A DNA stretch of 64,000 nucleotides from Candidatus Marinacidobacterales bacterium (GCA_965237955.1 OZ250169.1:2688001-2752000), one strand, 5' to 3'. Shown: positions 9,773 through 19,831, counted from the first letter of the stretch. Notes: generated by a model not told the origin, from the sequence alone. Translations and numbers: made by a program.

Positions 9773-10720
9773 TCAATCATCCGTTGCCGAGCCATGCGGG
9801 TTTCTCCCGACAGACTGTGGGAGCGTCCCTACGTCGAAAAGACGTTGGAGACGCCGCATCGGGGACGCGAGCACGTACGAGATGCCCGGCGGCCACGCCT
9901 TCAGTCCGGAAGCCAAATAACGAAGCGCCTTTCCGGGATTGCCGGCGTGCAGATGCGAGCCCGCGAGAGTAAGGTAGAGGTTGCCGTAGCAACGCCGCTC
10001 GAGAGGGTGAACGGCCACGGCCCCGGGATCCGAGAACATCGATTCGAACGCGCGGAGGATGTCGCGCTCGAACACGTCGACGTTGTTGTGCATCGCGCTC
10101 TCGTGTTGGCGGTAGAGGACGAGCGGCTCGCGGACGAGCTCGATCGAATAATGGCAAGCGATGCGCCGCCACATGTCCCAGTCGGCCGAGGTGGACAGCG
10201 ACTCATCGAACAGGCCCACTTTCTCGAGCGCGGATCGGCGGATGACCGCGGTGCTTCCCGTCGCTGGGACGCCGGGACCGCGAAGGAGCGCGAGTTCCTC
10301 GAGCACGTCACCGCAGCTTCCGTCGAGCATCGTCCCGAGGTCTCGTCCGTCGATGTCGACGTAGCGAAGACCGGTGTACACCATCCGGACACTGTCATCG
10401 TCGAAGAGCTCGACTTGCCGTGCGAGCTTGTCTTCGAGCCACACGTCGTCGGAGTCGAGAAACGCGATCAACGTGCCCGTTGATTCCGCGATCCCGCGGT
10501 TTCGCGCAGCGGAGACGCCTTGATTTTCCTGCGAGATCACTCGAACGCGGCTTTCATATCGACGCAGGACCTCGCGCGATTCGTCGGTGGAGCCGTCGTC
10601 CACGACGGTGACCTCGACGTTCTCGTAGGTCTGCGCGAGCACACTCTCGAGAGCTTCAGGCAGGAAACGCCCGTAGTTGTAGTTGGCGACGACGACCGAA
10701 ACGAGCGGTGAGACGCTCAC
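9773..10720 (-). CDS. Glycosyltransferase family 2
   Basis: VSVVVANYN, VVDDGSTD, ARNRGI, FLDSDD; GTG start overlaps the upstream TGA. Confidence 0.92.
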   Translation of the reverse strand: MSVSPLVSVVVANYNYGRFLPEALESVLAQTYENVEVTVVDDGSTDESREVLRRYESRVRVISQENQGVSAARNRGIAESTGTLIAFLDSDDVWLEDKLARQVELFDDDSVRMVYTGLRYVDIDGRDLGTMLDGSCGDVLEELALLRGPGVPATGSTAVIRRSALEKVGLFDESLSTSADWDMWRRIACHYSIELVREPLVLYRQHESAMHNNVDVFERDILRAFESMFSDPGAVAVHPLERRCYGNLYLTLAGSHLHAGNPGKALRYLASGLKAWPPGISYVLASPMRRLQRLFDVGTLPQSVGRNPHGSATDD

Positions 10721-11538
10721 GACGCACCTCGTCTGCAGAGCGCGACGAGCACGGGCGCCTGCTCCACTTCCGATTCGAGGAAACGGTAGTCCTCGACGCC
10801 TGGGTAGAGAGGTTGGTGCCAGAGCCATCGACTGGCGGCGTTGCCCATGCTCTCGGGGAGTTTCGATAGCGCGCGCCACGCGAGCACGTGTGCGTGGCCG
10901 CCATTTGCCGCCAGAGCTTGCTGCTCGTCCCAGAGCGGGGGCACCCGGAACTTCCGGTCGAGCACCTGCCCCATCATCTGAACCGATTCGAACTGCCGGC
11001 CGAGCTCGCTCTCCAGCTCCTCAGGCGTGTACTCGTGCACATGGAACGGGTTTCGAGGTTTCCCGTTGACCGGTTTCGTGTGATTCGCGTTCGGCGTGGA
11101 GAGAATCAGGATGCCGGAATCCGTGAGCACCCGCGCCAGCTCGGACAAGAACCGGTCCCGGTGATGGAAATGCTCGATGGTTTCGAAGCTGACCACCGCG
11201 TCGAAACTGCGTTCACGAAATGGAAGCTTCCGGCCGTCTCCGACGAGAACACGTTCGCCCGCGTGGCCGCGTGCCATCACTGCCGCGCTGGCGTCGACGT
11301 CGACTCCTACGAGCCGCGCGTGTTTGGCGAGCAGAGAAAGCCCGTAGCCCGTCCCGCACGCGATATCCAGCACGCGCCCGCCGCGGACGAAGGCAACGGC
11401 GTGCTGGTAACGTGCGACGTGCACCGTCCACCACGGTGAACCACGGTCGAGAGATTGCCGTTCGACGGGTCCGGGCCTCTTCGCTGGGAGTCGTTCTTGT
11501 CGGGGTTCACTCATGACCGGAGGAGTTTGCCTTCGCAT
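10717..11538 (-). CDS. Class I SAM-dependent methyltransferase
   Basis: HVARY, VLDIACGTGYG, SFETIEH, LSTPN, NPFHVHEY; start could be 11514. Confidence 0.9.
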   Translation of the reverse strand: MRRQTPPVMSEPRQERLPAKRPGPVERQSLDRGSPWWTVHVARYQHAVAFVRGGRVLDIACGTGYGLSLLAKHARLVGVDVDASAAVMARGHAGERVLVGDGRKLPFRERSFDAVVSFETIEHFHHRDRFLSELARVLTDSGILILSTPNANHTKPVNGKPRNPFHVHEYTPEELESELGRQFESVQMMGQVLDRKFRVPPLWDEQQALAANGGHAHVLAWRALSKLPESMGNAASRWLWHQPLYPGVEDYRFLESEVEQAPVLVALCRRGAS

Positions 11539-11681
11539 GCATTTGTGGTTTTGCTTCGCACCTCACGGGCGCTCCGGAAGAGATCCTTCGGGGTCTAGAA
11601 ACGTTGCGGACGCGCGCTCAACGGCGACGTCTACCGATTTGTCCGGAATGTATGAACTCATGATACCACAGCGGCTTTCGC

Positions 11682-11920
11682 CGATCGGACCATACGGCTT
11701 TACGTCGTCGGCGCCCGATGCTACTGCGGATACATAGCTCTAAAAACTTCCTGGTGCCGTTCGAACTATTGGGGTCTAGAAACTTGGTTCTTAGCAATCG
11801 CACTTCTGGTGCGAGAGCGGATGATCGAAACGGCTTTCGGTTTCTCGTTCAACAACCGAGTCGCCGGCGGCTATCTCGAGTTCGGCGTCTATGCAGGACG
11901 CACCATCACCGATGCGTGGG
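11682..11920 (+). repeat. Degenerate duplicate of 14420-14533 fused to 14744-14871 (5' part of the TylF gene)
   Basis: Directly alignable text, e.g. GATCGGAC.ATACGGCTTTACGTCGTCGGCGCCCGATGCTAC and GGATGATCGAAACGGCTTTCGGTTTC, with substitutions and small deletions. Confidence 0.9.
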
Positions 11921-12290
11921 GGCTTTGGTGCACGAATAGCTCTTGACTCCGGCAAGCGCTTCGACTCAGCTTCTCGATACATAGAATATCGAGGAGATAA
12001 ACCCATGGCCGCGCGCAAGTCCACCAGAGTGAACCGCAAATACAAGACGAAGTATCGCGTGACCAACTGGCGGGAGTACGAGCGTGGCCTCAGGAGCCGT
12101 GGCGACATCACCGTTTGGTTCTCAGACGAGGCGCGCGAAGCGTGGACGCCACCGAAGAACGGCTGAGCTGGGCAAGCCTGAATCCCAAGCGGACGTCGGG
12201 GAGTACAAGAGGCCGAACACGAGCGCGAGCGAAGGATTCGTGACCATGTCTTGGGAAAATTCGGTCATCGGGGCCTTTGTGTCAAAGACC
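11921..12290 (+). mobile_element. Internally deleted IS5-family (IS903-like) element
   Basis: Left end GGCTTTGGTGCACGAA; transposase N-terminus KYRVTNWREYERGLRSRGDITVWF followed directly by C-terminal-like AELGKPES; weak right end near 12276-12290. Confidence 0.75.
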
Positions 12291-12336
12291 GATATGCTAT
12301 TCTCTCTTCAGGCAGGGCCGCCGCCCCGTTGGCATC

Positions 12337-13443
12337 ATGAGAATCCTGCAGCTCATCCCTGGAAGCTTCGAGACACCGTTCTTTACCGCGCTTGCGAAAG
12401 GACTGTCTGAGTCCGGTGTCACACAGGACTTCGCGACCGTTCGGTCGACGCCTCCTCCTTCCTGGTTGGACGAAGTAGACGGGCGCCATTTCTGCTTGAA
12501 TGCCTCACGCCGTCTGAGCTACCCCTTCGCGAGCCGGAAACTCTCGCGCTGGATCGGACGGGAGCAAGTCGACATCGTACACGCGCACTTGTTCGACGCA
12601 TCTCTGCTCGCGGCCTGGATCGCTGGACGAAGCCGAGCCCGCGTCGTGGTCAGCCGTCACCATCTCGACGACGTACTTCAGAACGGGACGTCATCGCACG
12701 TGAGGATGGACAAGTGGATCACGAAACGATCCGACCAAATTCTCGTACCATCCGATGCGGTCCGTGAGTTCATGCGAAAGACAGAATCTTCGCGCACCGA
12801 GCACGTCCGAACCGTCCCCTACGGGTTCAATTTCGACAACCTCACAGCCACCGACCAAGAGGCCGAAGCCGTGAGAAAGGAACTCGGGCTCACGGACGCG
12901 TTTCTCATCGGAGTCGTGGCGCGCTTTATCGGGAACAAAGGACACCTCTTTCTGTTCGAGGCGCTCCCCGAGATCGCGCGCGCGATCCCCAACGTGAAAG
13001 TGCTTCTTCTTGGCGGCGGCAACGAAGATTTGATACGGCGCCAAGTGCGCGAATGCGGCGTCACCGACCAAATCGTTTTCGGCGGCTACCGGCAAGATAT
13101 CGCCGCCTGCAGGAAAGCCTTCGACGCGCTCGTCCATCCGACTTTGAGCGAGTCCTTCGGTCAAGTGCTGGTCGAGGCGATGTCGGTCGAAACGCCCGTC
13201 GTCTCCAGCCGGGTGGGAGGCACACCGTCGATCATCACTCATGGTGAGACGGGACTTCTCGTCCCACCCGCAGATCCCGGCGCCATTTCCGACGCCGTGA
13301 TCGAACTTCATCGTGAGCCGGAGCTCGCAAGGTCCCTCGGACGAAAAGCGCGAGCTTCGGTGCTCGAGCGGTTCAACGTCCCGCGAATGATCGAGGATCA
13401 CCTCGACTGTTACCGAGAGCTCCTCACTCCGATCGCATTGTAA
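12337..13443 (+). CDS. Glycosyltransferase family 4
   Basis: VHAHL, VARFIGNKGH, ESFGQVLVEAM. Confidence 0.9.
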   Translation: MRILQLIPGSFETPFFTALAKGLSESGVTQDFATVRSTPPPSWLDEVDGRHFCLNASRRLSYPFASRKLSRWIGREQVDIVHAHLFDASLLAAWIAGRSRARVVVSRHHLDDVLQNGTSSHVRMDKWITKRSDQILVPSDAVREFMRKTESSRTEHVRTVPYGFNFDNLTATDQEAEAVRKELGLTDAFLIGVVARFIGNKGHLFLFEALPEIARAIPNVKVLLLGGGNEDLIRRQVRECGVTDQIVFGGYRQDIAACRKAFDALVHPTLSESFGQVLVEAMSVETPVVSSRVGGTPSIITHGETGLLVPPADPGAISDAVIELHREPELARSLGRKARASVLERFNVPRMIEDHLDCYRELLTPIAL

Positions 13444-13453
13444 GACGAGCGGA

Positions 13454-14250
13454 CTAACGCGCGGCCAAAGCGTGTTGTAGTGACCGCGCGACGCGGCTTA
13501 AGGACACGTGGCTCCCGTAGCCCACGACCACGAGGGCGACACCGCCGGCCACGATGGCGAGGAGCGCGCGCGATACGCCTCCTGGCAGATGCGACGCGGC
13601 GACGGCGGCAAGCGTCGGCGGCAAAGCGGCGAGGATGCTCCTCCAATAACGGAATGCTCGGACGCGCGTGACCATGAATCCGGCAGCCGCCATCGTCACG
13701 AAGTTGCTCGCGGTCGTCGCCCATACGCAGCCGAGCAGGCCGAATCGCGGGATCAAAGCAAAATTGAGAACGACGTTGCAGCATGCCGCCACAAAAGCTG
13801 TCGCCGCTGAGATGCGGCTCTCATACCGCGCCATCGCGAGCGGAGCGAAGCCTAGAACGAGAGGACCGGCCAAAGCCGCTGCCGCGAACATCGGCCACAC
13901 GAGCTCGACGGCCGGCCCGAACGATACCGGCAAGAGGACCGGGATCGCGACCACGATCGCTCCCGCGACGAGCATGCAGGCCAAGCTGAAGCCCCAGCAA
14001 AGCGCGGGCAGCGTCTCTTCCAGGAAGAGCGTCTCGCTGTCATGCTCATTGGTCGATTCGAGAGAGATCAGAAACGGGAGCACGAGCGAGCCCGCCAAAA
14101 CGGCGAGCTGCAGAAAGCTTCCCATCATCTGATAAGTGATGTTGTAGATTCCGAGAGAGGCCGTCGACAACCAACGCACGATGAAGAATGCGTCGATGTA
14201 GTGCGTCGACAAATAGCCGAAGGTCGATTGCAGGATGAGCGGGAGACGAG
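13454..14250 (-). pseudogene. 5'-truncated Wzx-type polysaccharide flippase
   Basis: Hydrophobic C-terminal half (SLGIYNITYQ, NVVLNFALIPRFGLLG); the N-terminal half is replaced by an IS5 fragment. Confidence 0.75.
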
Positions 14251-14425
14251 GGGCTGTGCCTTCGGACGGCGCCTGTGGCACGTGGGCGCAGCGGAACGCG
14301 ACCCTCGAGACGATTCGCAATGTCGGGCGCCAAGGCTGGCAGCGGGAGTCACGGTATCGACGACAGGGCGCCGTCGAGAACCCTTCTTTAGGTACAAGCG
14401 CACGCTCGGAAACAGCCTTCGATCG
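14250..14425 (+). mobile_element. IS5-family transposase C-terminal fragment
   Basis: RNATLETIRNVGRQGWQRESRYRRQGAVEN / FFRYKRTLGNSLRS (frameshifted), resembling the IS903-group motif W..ESGY.R...VE..F.RYK. Confidence 0.75.
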
Positions 14426-14647
14426 GACGATACGGCTTTACGTCGTCGGCGCCCGATGCTACTGTGGATACATAGCTCTAAAAACTTCCTAGTGCCGTTC
14501 GAACTATTCGGGCCTAGAAACTTGGTTCTTAGCGTGGCTACGGTGGTTCGGATGAGTGACGCCATCGATAGGCGCAACAACTTGGAACGGCACTAGTCGG
14601 CGCGGATACCCGCGCCGGAGACCGTCAAGGAGTGCAGCTCGTTGTCC

Positions 14648-15370
14648 ATGATCCACGATCGCGTCTTCGAGTGGTTCCCGCGTGTCGTGCCGTGGAAGCT
14701 TCTCGCCCCGCTCACGCTGCCTGTGGGTCGGCAGCTGAAGACCAAATGGCACTTCTGGTACGAGAACGCGCGGATGATCGAAACGGCTTTCGGTTTCGCG
14801 TTCAACAACCGAGTCGCCGGCGACTATCTCGAGTTCGGCGTCTATCAGGGATGCACCGTTACCGATGCGTGGGACGCAGCCCGTCGCTACGGAATGTCGG
14901 ATATGCGCTTTCATGCCTTCGACTCGTTTCAAGGACTCCCTGAACCGGACGGTAAGGATAGAGACGGAGGGTTCTCGGGCGGTCAGTTTCACTGCGAGCG
15001 CGAGAAGTTCGAAGCGATCCTTCGCCGGCGTAAAGTCGACATGTCACGCGTCTCGATTCACGAGGGGATGTTCGATGAGACGCTCGCGACACCGGGGAGC
15101 CTGCGGAGCGCCGGCATAGGTCAGGCGTCGGTCGTGTGGATAGATTGTGACCTCTACGCTTCTACCGTGCCCGTGCTGCGGGCTCTAGGTGACGTTCTTG
15201 TGGACGGCACGATTCTCGTTTTCGATGATTGGTACTGCTTCAACGGTCGCCCGGATCGAGGGGAACAGCGAGCCTGCTCCGAATGGCTTGCAGCGAATCC
15301 GGGAATCCGCCTCGTCGAGTACCAGAAGTTCCACTGGGGGGGAGCTTCGTTCATCGTGAACCTGCAATGA
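14648..15370 (+). CDS. TylF/MycF/NovP-family O-methyltransferase
   Basis: GDYLEFGVYQG, FDSFQGLP, IDCDLY, FDDW. Confidence 0.9.
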   Translation: MIHDRVFEWFPRVVPWKLLAPLTLPVGRQLKTKWHFWYENARMIETAFGFAFNNRVAGDYLEFGVYQGCTVTDAWDAARRYGMSDMRFHAFDSFQGLPEPDGKDRDGGFSGGQFHCEREKFEAILRRRKVDMSRVSIHEGMFDETLATPGSLRSAGIGQASVVWIDCDLYASTVPVLRALGDVLVDGTILVFDDWYCFNGRPDRGEQRACSEWLAANPGIRLVEYQKFHWGGASFIVNLQ

Positions 15371-15807
15371 ATGTTCACGCTCCGCCAGATGCATCCGCGA
15401 ACGACCTCGATTCTGTCGACGAGCCGGCGTTGCCGATGAAATGCGTGTTTTGTGATGGCGGCGATTCTCTGCGCGAGTCTTACCTCGCCCGGGTCGTCGG
15501 GCTCGACAACGAAGGTGTCTTCCGGTGCACCCAGTGCGGGTTGATCCGCAGAGGCCGGCTTCGAGGATCTCGCGCGTGCAGCCCCGAATATTTCGATCGG
15601 CTGAGTGCGCACTTCGAGCTTCGTCGAGTTGAAGCCGAATGCGAGATGACACGTCCCGCCGGTGCGGCTCTCTGCATCTCGGACCACATGGCCAGGCAGT
15701 TTCCGCACGGCGAGCCCGAGGAAGAGTTCGTCTCGCCCTCGTTCGACCCGGTCGGCAATCTAAAACGGCACGACGGCAGCCATCGCGCCAGAACCCACTT
15801 GATCTAG
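15367..15807 (+). pseudogene. Probable degenerate methyltransferase remnant with N-terminal CxxC..CxxC
   Basis: ATG overlaps the TylF stop; CVFC...CTQC; no SAM motif follows. Confidence 0.4.
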
Positions 15808-15813
15808 AAACCG

Positions 15814-17088
15814 ATGCAAGTCCTCGTAGCCTTTTTCGTTGCCGCACTAACCAACTTTCTCGTTCTCTTCGTGCTGCGCCGTCGCTACCAGTCGGATCTG
15901 TTTCGAATCGTAGCGCTCGCCTACGTCGGAACCGTGGCCCTCCGGTACGTGCTTGCCGTTTACCTGTGGTTGAACCATCTGGACTCCAATTTCAGCCAGA
16001 CCTTCTGGGGGGATTCTCAACTGTATGACTTCTTGGGCGCCGCGGTCGCCGAGAGTTGGACTCACGGAGCATCCACGAATTTATGGGCAGAAACTTTGCA
16101 AGGTCGCGTCAACAGCGGCTTCATCTATTTCGTGGCGTGCATCTACTACGTTTTCGGGCGAAACGTGCTGCTGGTGCAGCTCATCAACGGAGTCATCGGC
16201 GCTCTGACGCCCATCGTCATCTTCGAGATTGGCCTCATTCTCTATGACAAGCGTGTGGCGACGACGGCCATGTTGTTCACCGCCTTCTTTCCTCAGATGA
16301 TCTTCTGGTCTTCCGCGCTCTACAAAGACCCGGCGGTCATGCTCTGTATCGCTGCCAACATTTTGTGCGTGTTCCGTCTCAGGCATCGATTGAGTCTGTC
16401 GTGGATAGCCATTTATCTGTTGACGGCCGGCGCGCTCGTATGGCTCCGTTTCTATATTTTCTACGCGGTCCTTGCGGCCATGGTTGCCGGGTTCCTCGTG
16501 GGTCACCGGCGGGGTGTCGCTCTCGGTTTGGTCACTCAGCTCCTTCTCGTCACCTGTGTGCTGGGTCTGCTCCTGTTCACGCCCGTAGGACAGGAGGTCT
16601 TGTTGCAGAGTCGGTTCTTCGATCTCGATATGCTCCAAAATTCCCGGCTCGATCTGGCGGCTAGAGGCGATAGTGGATTCGCAATAGAGGCCGACGTAAC
16701 CACGGTCGGTGGTTTGGTCTCGATGCTTCCGGTCGGCGTGACCTACTTGTTGTTTGCGCCGTTTCCCTGGACGATTAGCAACTTACGTCAGCTCATGGCG
16801 CTTCCCGATGTTCTGGCGTGGTATGCGCTCACGCCAGCGCTCATCATCGGCATCGGTCTCGCGCTGAAACGGCTCCGCCAGACTATGCCAATCCTCGTTT
16901 TTACGACTTCGCTCACGCTTGCTTACGGTGCATTTTTGGGGAACGTGGGCACGGCGTACCGACAACGCACGCAGATCATGATGTTCTATTTCTTATTCAT
17001 CGCCGATGGGCTTCACCGTAAGCGCCATCGCAAGAGCGAGCTCGTCGAGGGCGGGCCGCTCCCTACTACTAGTCCCCTGGATCTTTGA
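15814..17088 (+). CDS. Multi-pass membrane protein, Wzy-like polymerase / GT-C fold
   Basis: About 10 TM helices; WSSALYKD, LFAPFPW, NVGTAYRQR; the last codons come from a MITE. Confidence 0.7.
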   Translation: MQVLVAFFVAALTNFLVLFVLRRRYQSDLFRIVALAYVGTVALRYVLAVYLWLNHLDSNFSQTFWGDSQLYDFLGAAVAESWTHGASTNLWAETLQGRVNSGFIYFVACIYYVFGRNVLLVQLINGVIGALTPIVIFEIGLILYDKRVATTAMLFTAFFPQMIFWSSALYKDPAVMLCIAANILCVFRLRHRLSLSWIAIYLLTAGALVWLRFYIFYAVLAAMVAGFLVGHRRGVALGLVTQLLLVTCVLGLLLFTPVGQEVLLQSRFFDLDMLQNSRLDLAARGDSGFAIEADVTTVGGLVSMLPVGVTYLLFAPFPWTISNLRQLMALPDVLAWYALTPALIIGIGLALKRLRQTMPILVFTTSLTLAYGAFLGNVGTAYRQRTQIMMFYFLFIADGLHRKRHRKSELVEGGPLPTTSPLDL

Positions 17089-17201
17089 TTACTATACAAA
17101 GTTAGGCTTTTTGCCAGCCCATAAAATTCATAAGATTCATGCACTTAGAAGTGTTTCGGCAAGCTCTGCTTTATCTAGTTTGTTCTGATACAGGGGACTA
17201 G
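17069..17201 (+). mobile_element. 133-bp MITE, copy 1
   Basis: Terminal inverted repeats CTAGTCCCCTG...CAGGGGACTAG; AT-rich interior; near-identical inverted copy at 21066-21198. Confidence 0.88.
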
Positions 17202-17251
17202 GGACTTGGTACCCACGGTCAATCGGTAAAACGGCACCGGAGTCGTCGTGG

Positions 17252-19270
17252 TCACTCGGTGCCGGTTTTGTCTCGAGACGCCCGATAGGTTTCCAGGGCG
17301 GAGTCGGCCTCCTCGCCCGCGCCCGTGGCGCGCCGCAGCAATACGGGATCCTCACTGACGAAGGGGGCCAGGATGTTCAGGGCGTCCAACGGCCGAATTC
17401 CCGGTTGCAGCTCACGGCCCCGCTCGAGCTGAACGAGCGCTTCATCGATGCGTCCGCGCGAAGCGAGATAGGACGCGTAATTCGCGCGCATGGGGGAGTG
17501 CTGAGGCTCGAGCTCGAACGCGCGCGCAAACAGCACGTCGGCGATCTCGTCGTTGCCGCGATTGGCCTCGGTCCACCCTAGCTCGAACCAGTAGAGGCCT
17601 CGCGCGGGAGCGAGGCTCATCGCTTCACGGAATGCGCCCGCCGCTTGGTCGAGACGGACCTCACGATAGCGCGCCGCGTCGGGAGACCGGTAGGCTTCCT
17701 CGTTATAGAGCCTGCCCAAAAGATGCGCGGTCTCCGGATCCTGCGGTACCGTCCGGCGCGAGCGGACGACTCTTTGAATCGAATCGGTGAACTCGTCGGA
17801 GGTGGTGAGGACGGGGTCGATCTCACGGGTGAGTCGGCGACTCTCACCGATATCGCTCGTTACGATCGTGAACGACACGATGACGACGGCGATCACGACG
17901 GCAAAGACTGGAAACAAGCTGCGTGAGCTCCACGTGAGCGATCCTGCATCGTCGCCCGATGCCAGCAACCCCAAGAGGATCGCAAACAAGAGTGCGTTCG
18001 AGGGAATGTGGAGATTGAAATCGTAAATCCCGTGAACCACGAGTGCCGCGCACGCGGCAAGCGCGCCCAGCAGCATCCCCCGGTTGCGGTTTGATGTCTC
18101 GTTGAGGATAGCCTGGAACCCGAGACGACCAACCGAGACCAGAAACCCGATCGTGAGGAAGAGTCCGAGGAGGCCTGTCTCGCACGCCAGTTGAAACCAA
18201 TCGCTCTCGGCGAACTCAGCGCGGGTCTCGTCGGTGCCGGTGCGGTAGCCCGGTATTACGGATGCGTACGTTCCGAGGCCCGTCCCTACGATGGGAGAGT
18301 CAGCGAACAGCCCGGTGGAGTCCGACCATAAGTCGAGGCGAAACTGAATCGAGCTGTCTTGCCTCGGGTTTCCGAGAGTCGACAGCCGTTCCGACAAACG
18401 CGCGGGGGCAAACGCCGCGACGAACAAAGCGACGGCGACCACGCCACTCACGATCCACTGGCGTCCACGGCTTTCTTCGCGTCGTGACAACACGGCCAAC
18501 ACGACCACACCCGCGCCCGCCGCGATCAAGCCCCCGCGGGAATGAGAGAGCACGAGCGAGATCCCCATCAGTCCCGACCCGCCGCCGAGGAGCAACGCGA
18601 GCGATGGGTTTCGGCGCGCGGTACCGAGGGCCGTACCCAGGCTCAAGAGGCCGCATGCCTCCACGAACCCGGCGAAGTGGTTGTGGTTGACGAAGGGGCC
18701 GTAGGGATTCCCCGATGGGACTTGGAAGCGACCGTAGAGCACGTTTCCAAAGCGCGCTTTCTGGTAGACGCCGAAGAGTGCAAGGGCGACGCCCAACATC
18801 GCCAGTGAGTACACGACGACTCGGCGATCGGGGCCGTGACGATAGAGCTGGCTCGCCATGTAGAACGCGGCGGCGAAGCTCACGAGCTGCAAAAGGCCCC
18901 AGCGCGTCTGAAACGGCTCCGCGGACATCGGGTGCCACCGGTCGATCTCGATGATGCCACGAAGCGGCTCGTAGAAATTCCCGACGCCGGGGGCTACAAC
19001 ATCGGCCCATCCAGGGGGCAAGGGCACTTGCTGCAATAGCACGAGCCCGCACGCCGCGACCAGCCAGATCCACACCGGTAGAGGACGGAGCTTGCGGTAG
19101 TAAATGCGCGTCGTGACGTAGAGGCCGCAGAGCGCCAGGAGGGAGGCGCTCAGCCAAGCTGCAGGCCTCGGGGTCACCGAGCCGAATGGCCAAGGAGCGA
19201 GGAGCACGAGCGCGAGCAGACCGAGGCGCAGTGCCCATGTAGAAATGCGCTCCATGGACGACGTTCGCAT
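17252..19270 (-). CDS. O-antigen ligase family protein with C-terminal TPR-like region
   Basis: GPFVNHNHFAG, SHSRGG, GTGLGTY, AESDWFQ, HGIYDFNLHIP; helical repeats at the C-terminus. Confidence 0.85.
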   Translation of the reverse strand: MRTSSMERISTWALRLGLLALVLLAPWPFGSVTPRPAAWLSASLLALCGLYVTTRIYYRKLRPLPVWIWLVAACGLVLLQQVPLPPGWADVVAPGVGNFYEPLRGIIEIDRWHPMSAEPFQTRWGLLQLVSFAAAFYMASQLYRHGPDRRVVVYSLAMLGVALALFGVYQKARFGNVLYGRFQVPSGNPYGPFVNHNHFAGFVEACGLLSLGTALGTARRNPSLALLLGGGSGLMGISLVLSHSRGGLIAAGAGVVVLAVLSRREESRGRQWIVSGVVAVALFVAAFAPARLSERLSTLGNPRQDSSIQFRLDLWSDSTGLFADSPIVGTGLGTYASVIPGYRTGTDETRAEFAESDWFQLACETGLLGLFLTIGFLVSVGRLGFQAILNETSNRNRGMLLGALAACAALVVHGIYDFNLHIPSNALLFAILLGLLASGDDAGSLTWSSRSLFPVFAVVIAVVIVSFTIVTSDIGESRRLTREIDPVLTTSDEFTDSIQRVVRSRRTVPQDPETAHLLGRLYNEEAYRSPDAARYREVRLDQAAGAFREAMSLAPARGLYWFELGWTEANRGNDEIADVLFARAFELEPQHSPMRANYASYLASRGRIDEALVQLERGRELQPGIRPLDALNILAPFVSEDPVLLRRATGAGEEADSALETYRASRDKTGTE

Positions 19271-19571
19271 AGAAGGATCTCGTCGAGGTCAGGACGAAGC
19301 GCACGACGGGCTTGCGCTTTCGGCCGTAGCTCGTGATTTTTTCTGGAAGTTTGGTCTAACGAGATCTTAGCACAGCGGGTGAAAGCTCGCCCTGAGGGTA
19401 AAACCACCATTCGCTGTGGGGGTCGAAAGTGGCTTTTTGCCGGGATTCTCCCACGTCCGGCATCCACCACGCTGGCTCTCAATCCACGCGCACACATGGA
19501 CGTGTTCGCGTAGTGTCAATGTCTCGAGTAGGTTGTGGCCCAGTGCACTCGCCGACGGCGCGCCCGGCAAC

Positions 19572-19588
19572 TTGGCAAAGCTCTTGCT
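19572..19588 (+). promoter_or_regulatory. Sigma-54 promoter with no convincing downstream CDS
   Basis: TTGGCAAAGCTCTTGCT, matching TTGGCA-N6-TTGCW. Confidence 0.65.
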
Positions 19589-19598
19589 ATAGAACCAC

Positions 19599-19823
19599 GG
19601 TGTACAGAGACAGCACAACACGCTGCTCCCGAAAACAGCACTTTCTGTTGCCGCCAGCCTTGGCGGGCTCACTCTCTCGGGAACGTGAGAGCGTGATTGC
19701 CACGCCGGGCGGCACAGTGCGCGGTGAGGTCGGGGTGGGTGTGAAGGTCGATTCCGGTAACGGTCCCGGGCTTCGGTTCGTCGCATCCAGGTTGGGGGCC
19801 CCGACCCCACCCGCCCCCTTTTG
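19599..19823 (+). ncRNA. Candidate structured small RNA
   Basis: Starts at the predicted +1 of the sigma-54 promoter; serial hairpins; ends at GGGGGC..GCCCCC-TTTT; no Rfam family recognised. Confidence 0.3.
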
Positions 19824-19831
19824 ATCAGCAT

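Noticed and set aside
11589-15811. Recurrent TCTAGAAAC/CCTAGAAAC as integron attC-like cassette sites
   Set aside because: Two of the four hits belong to the local duplication; no RYYYAAC/GTTRRRY palindromes and no integrase seen.
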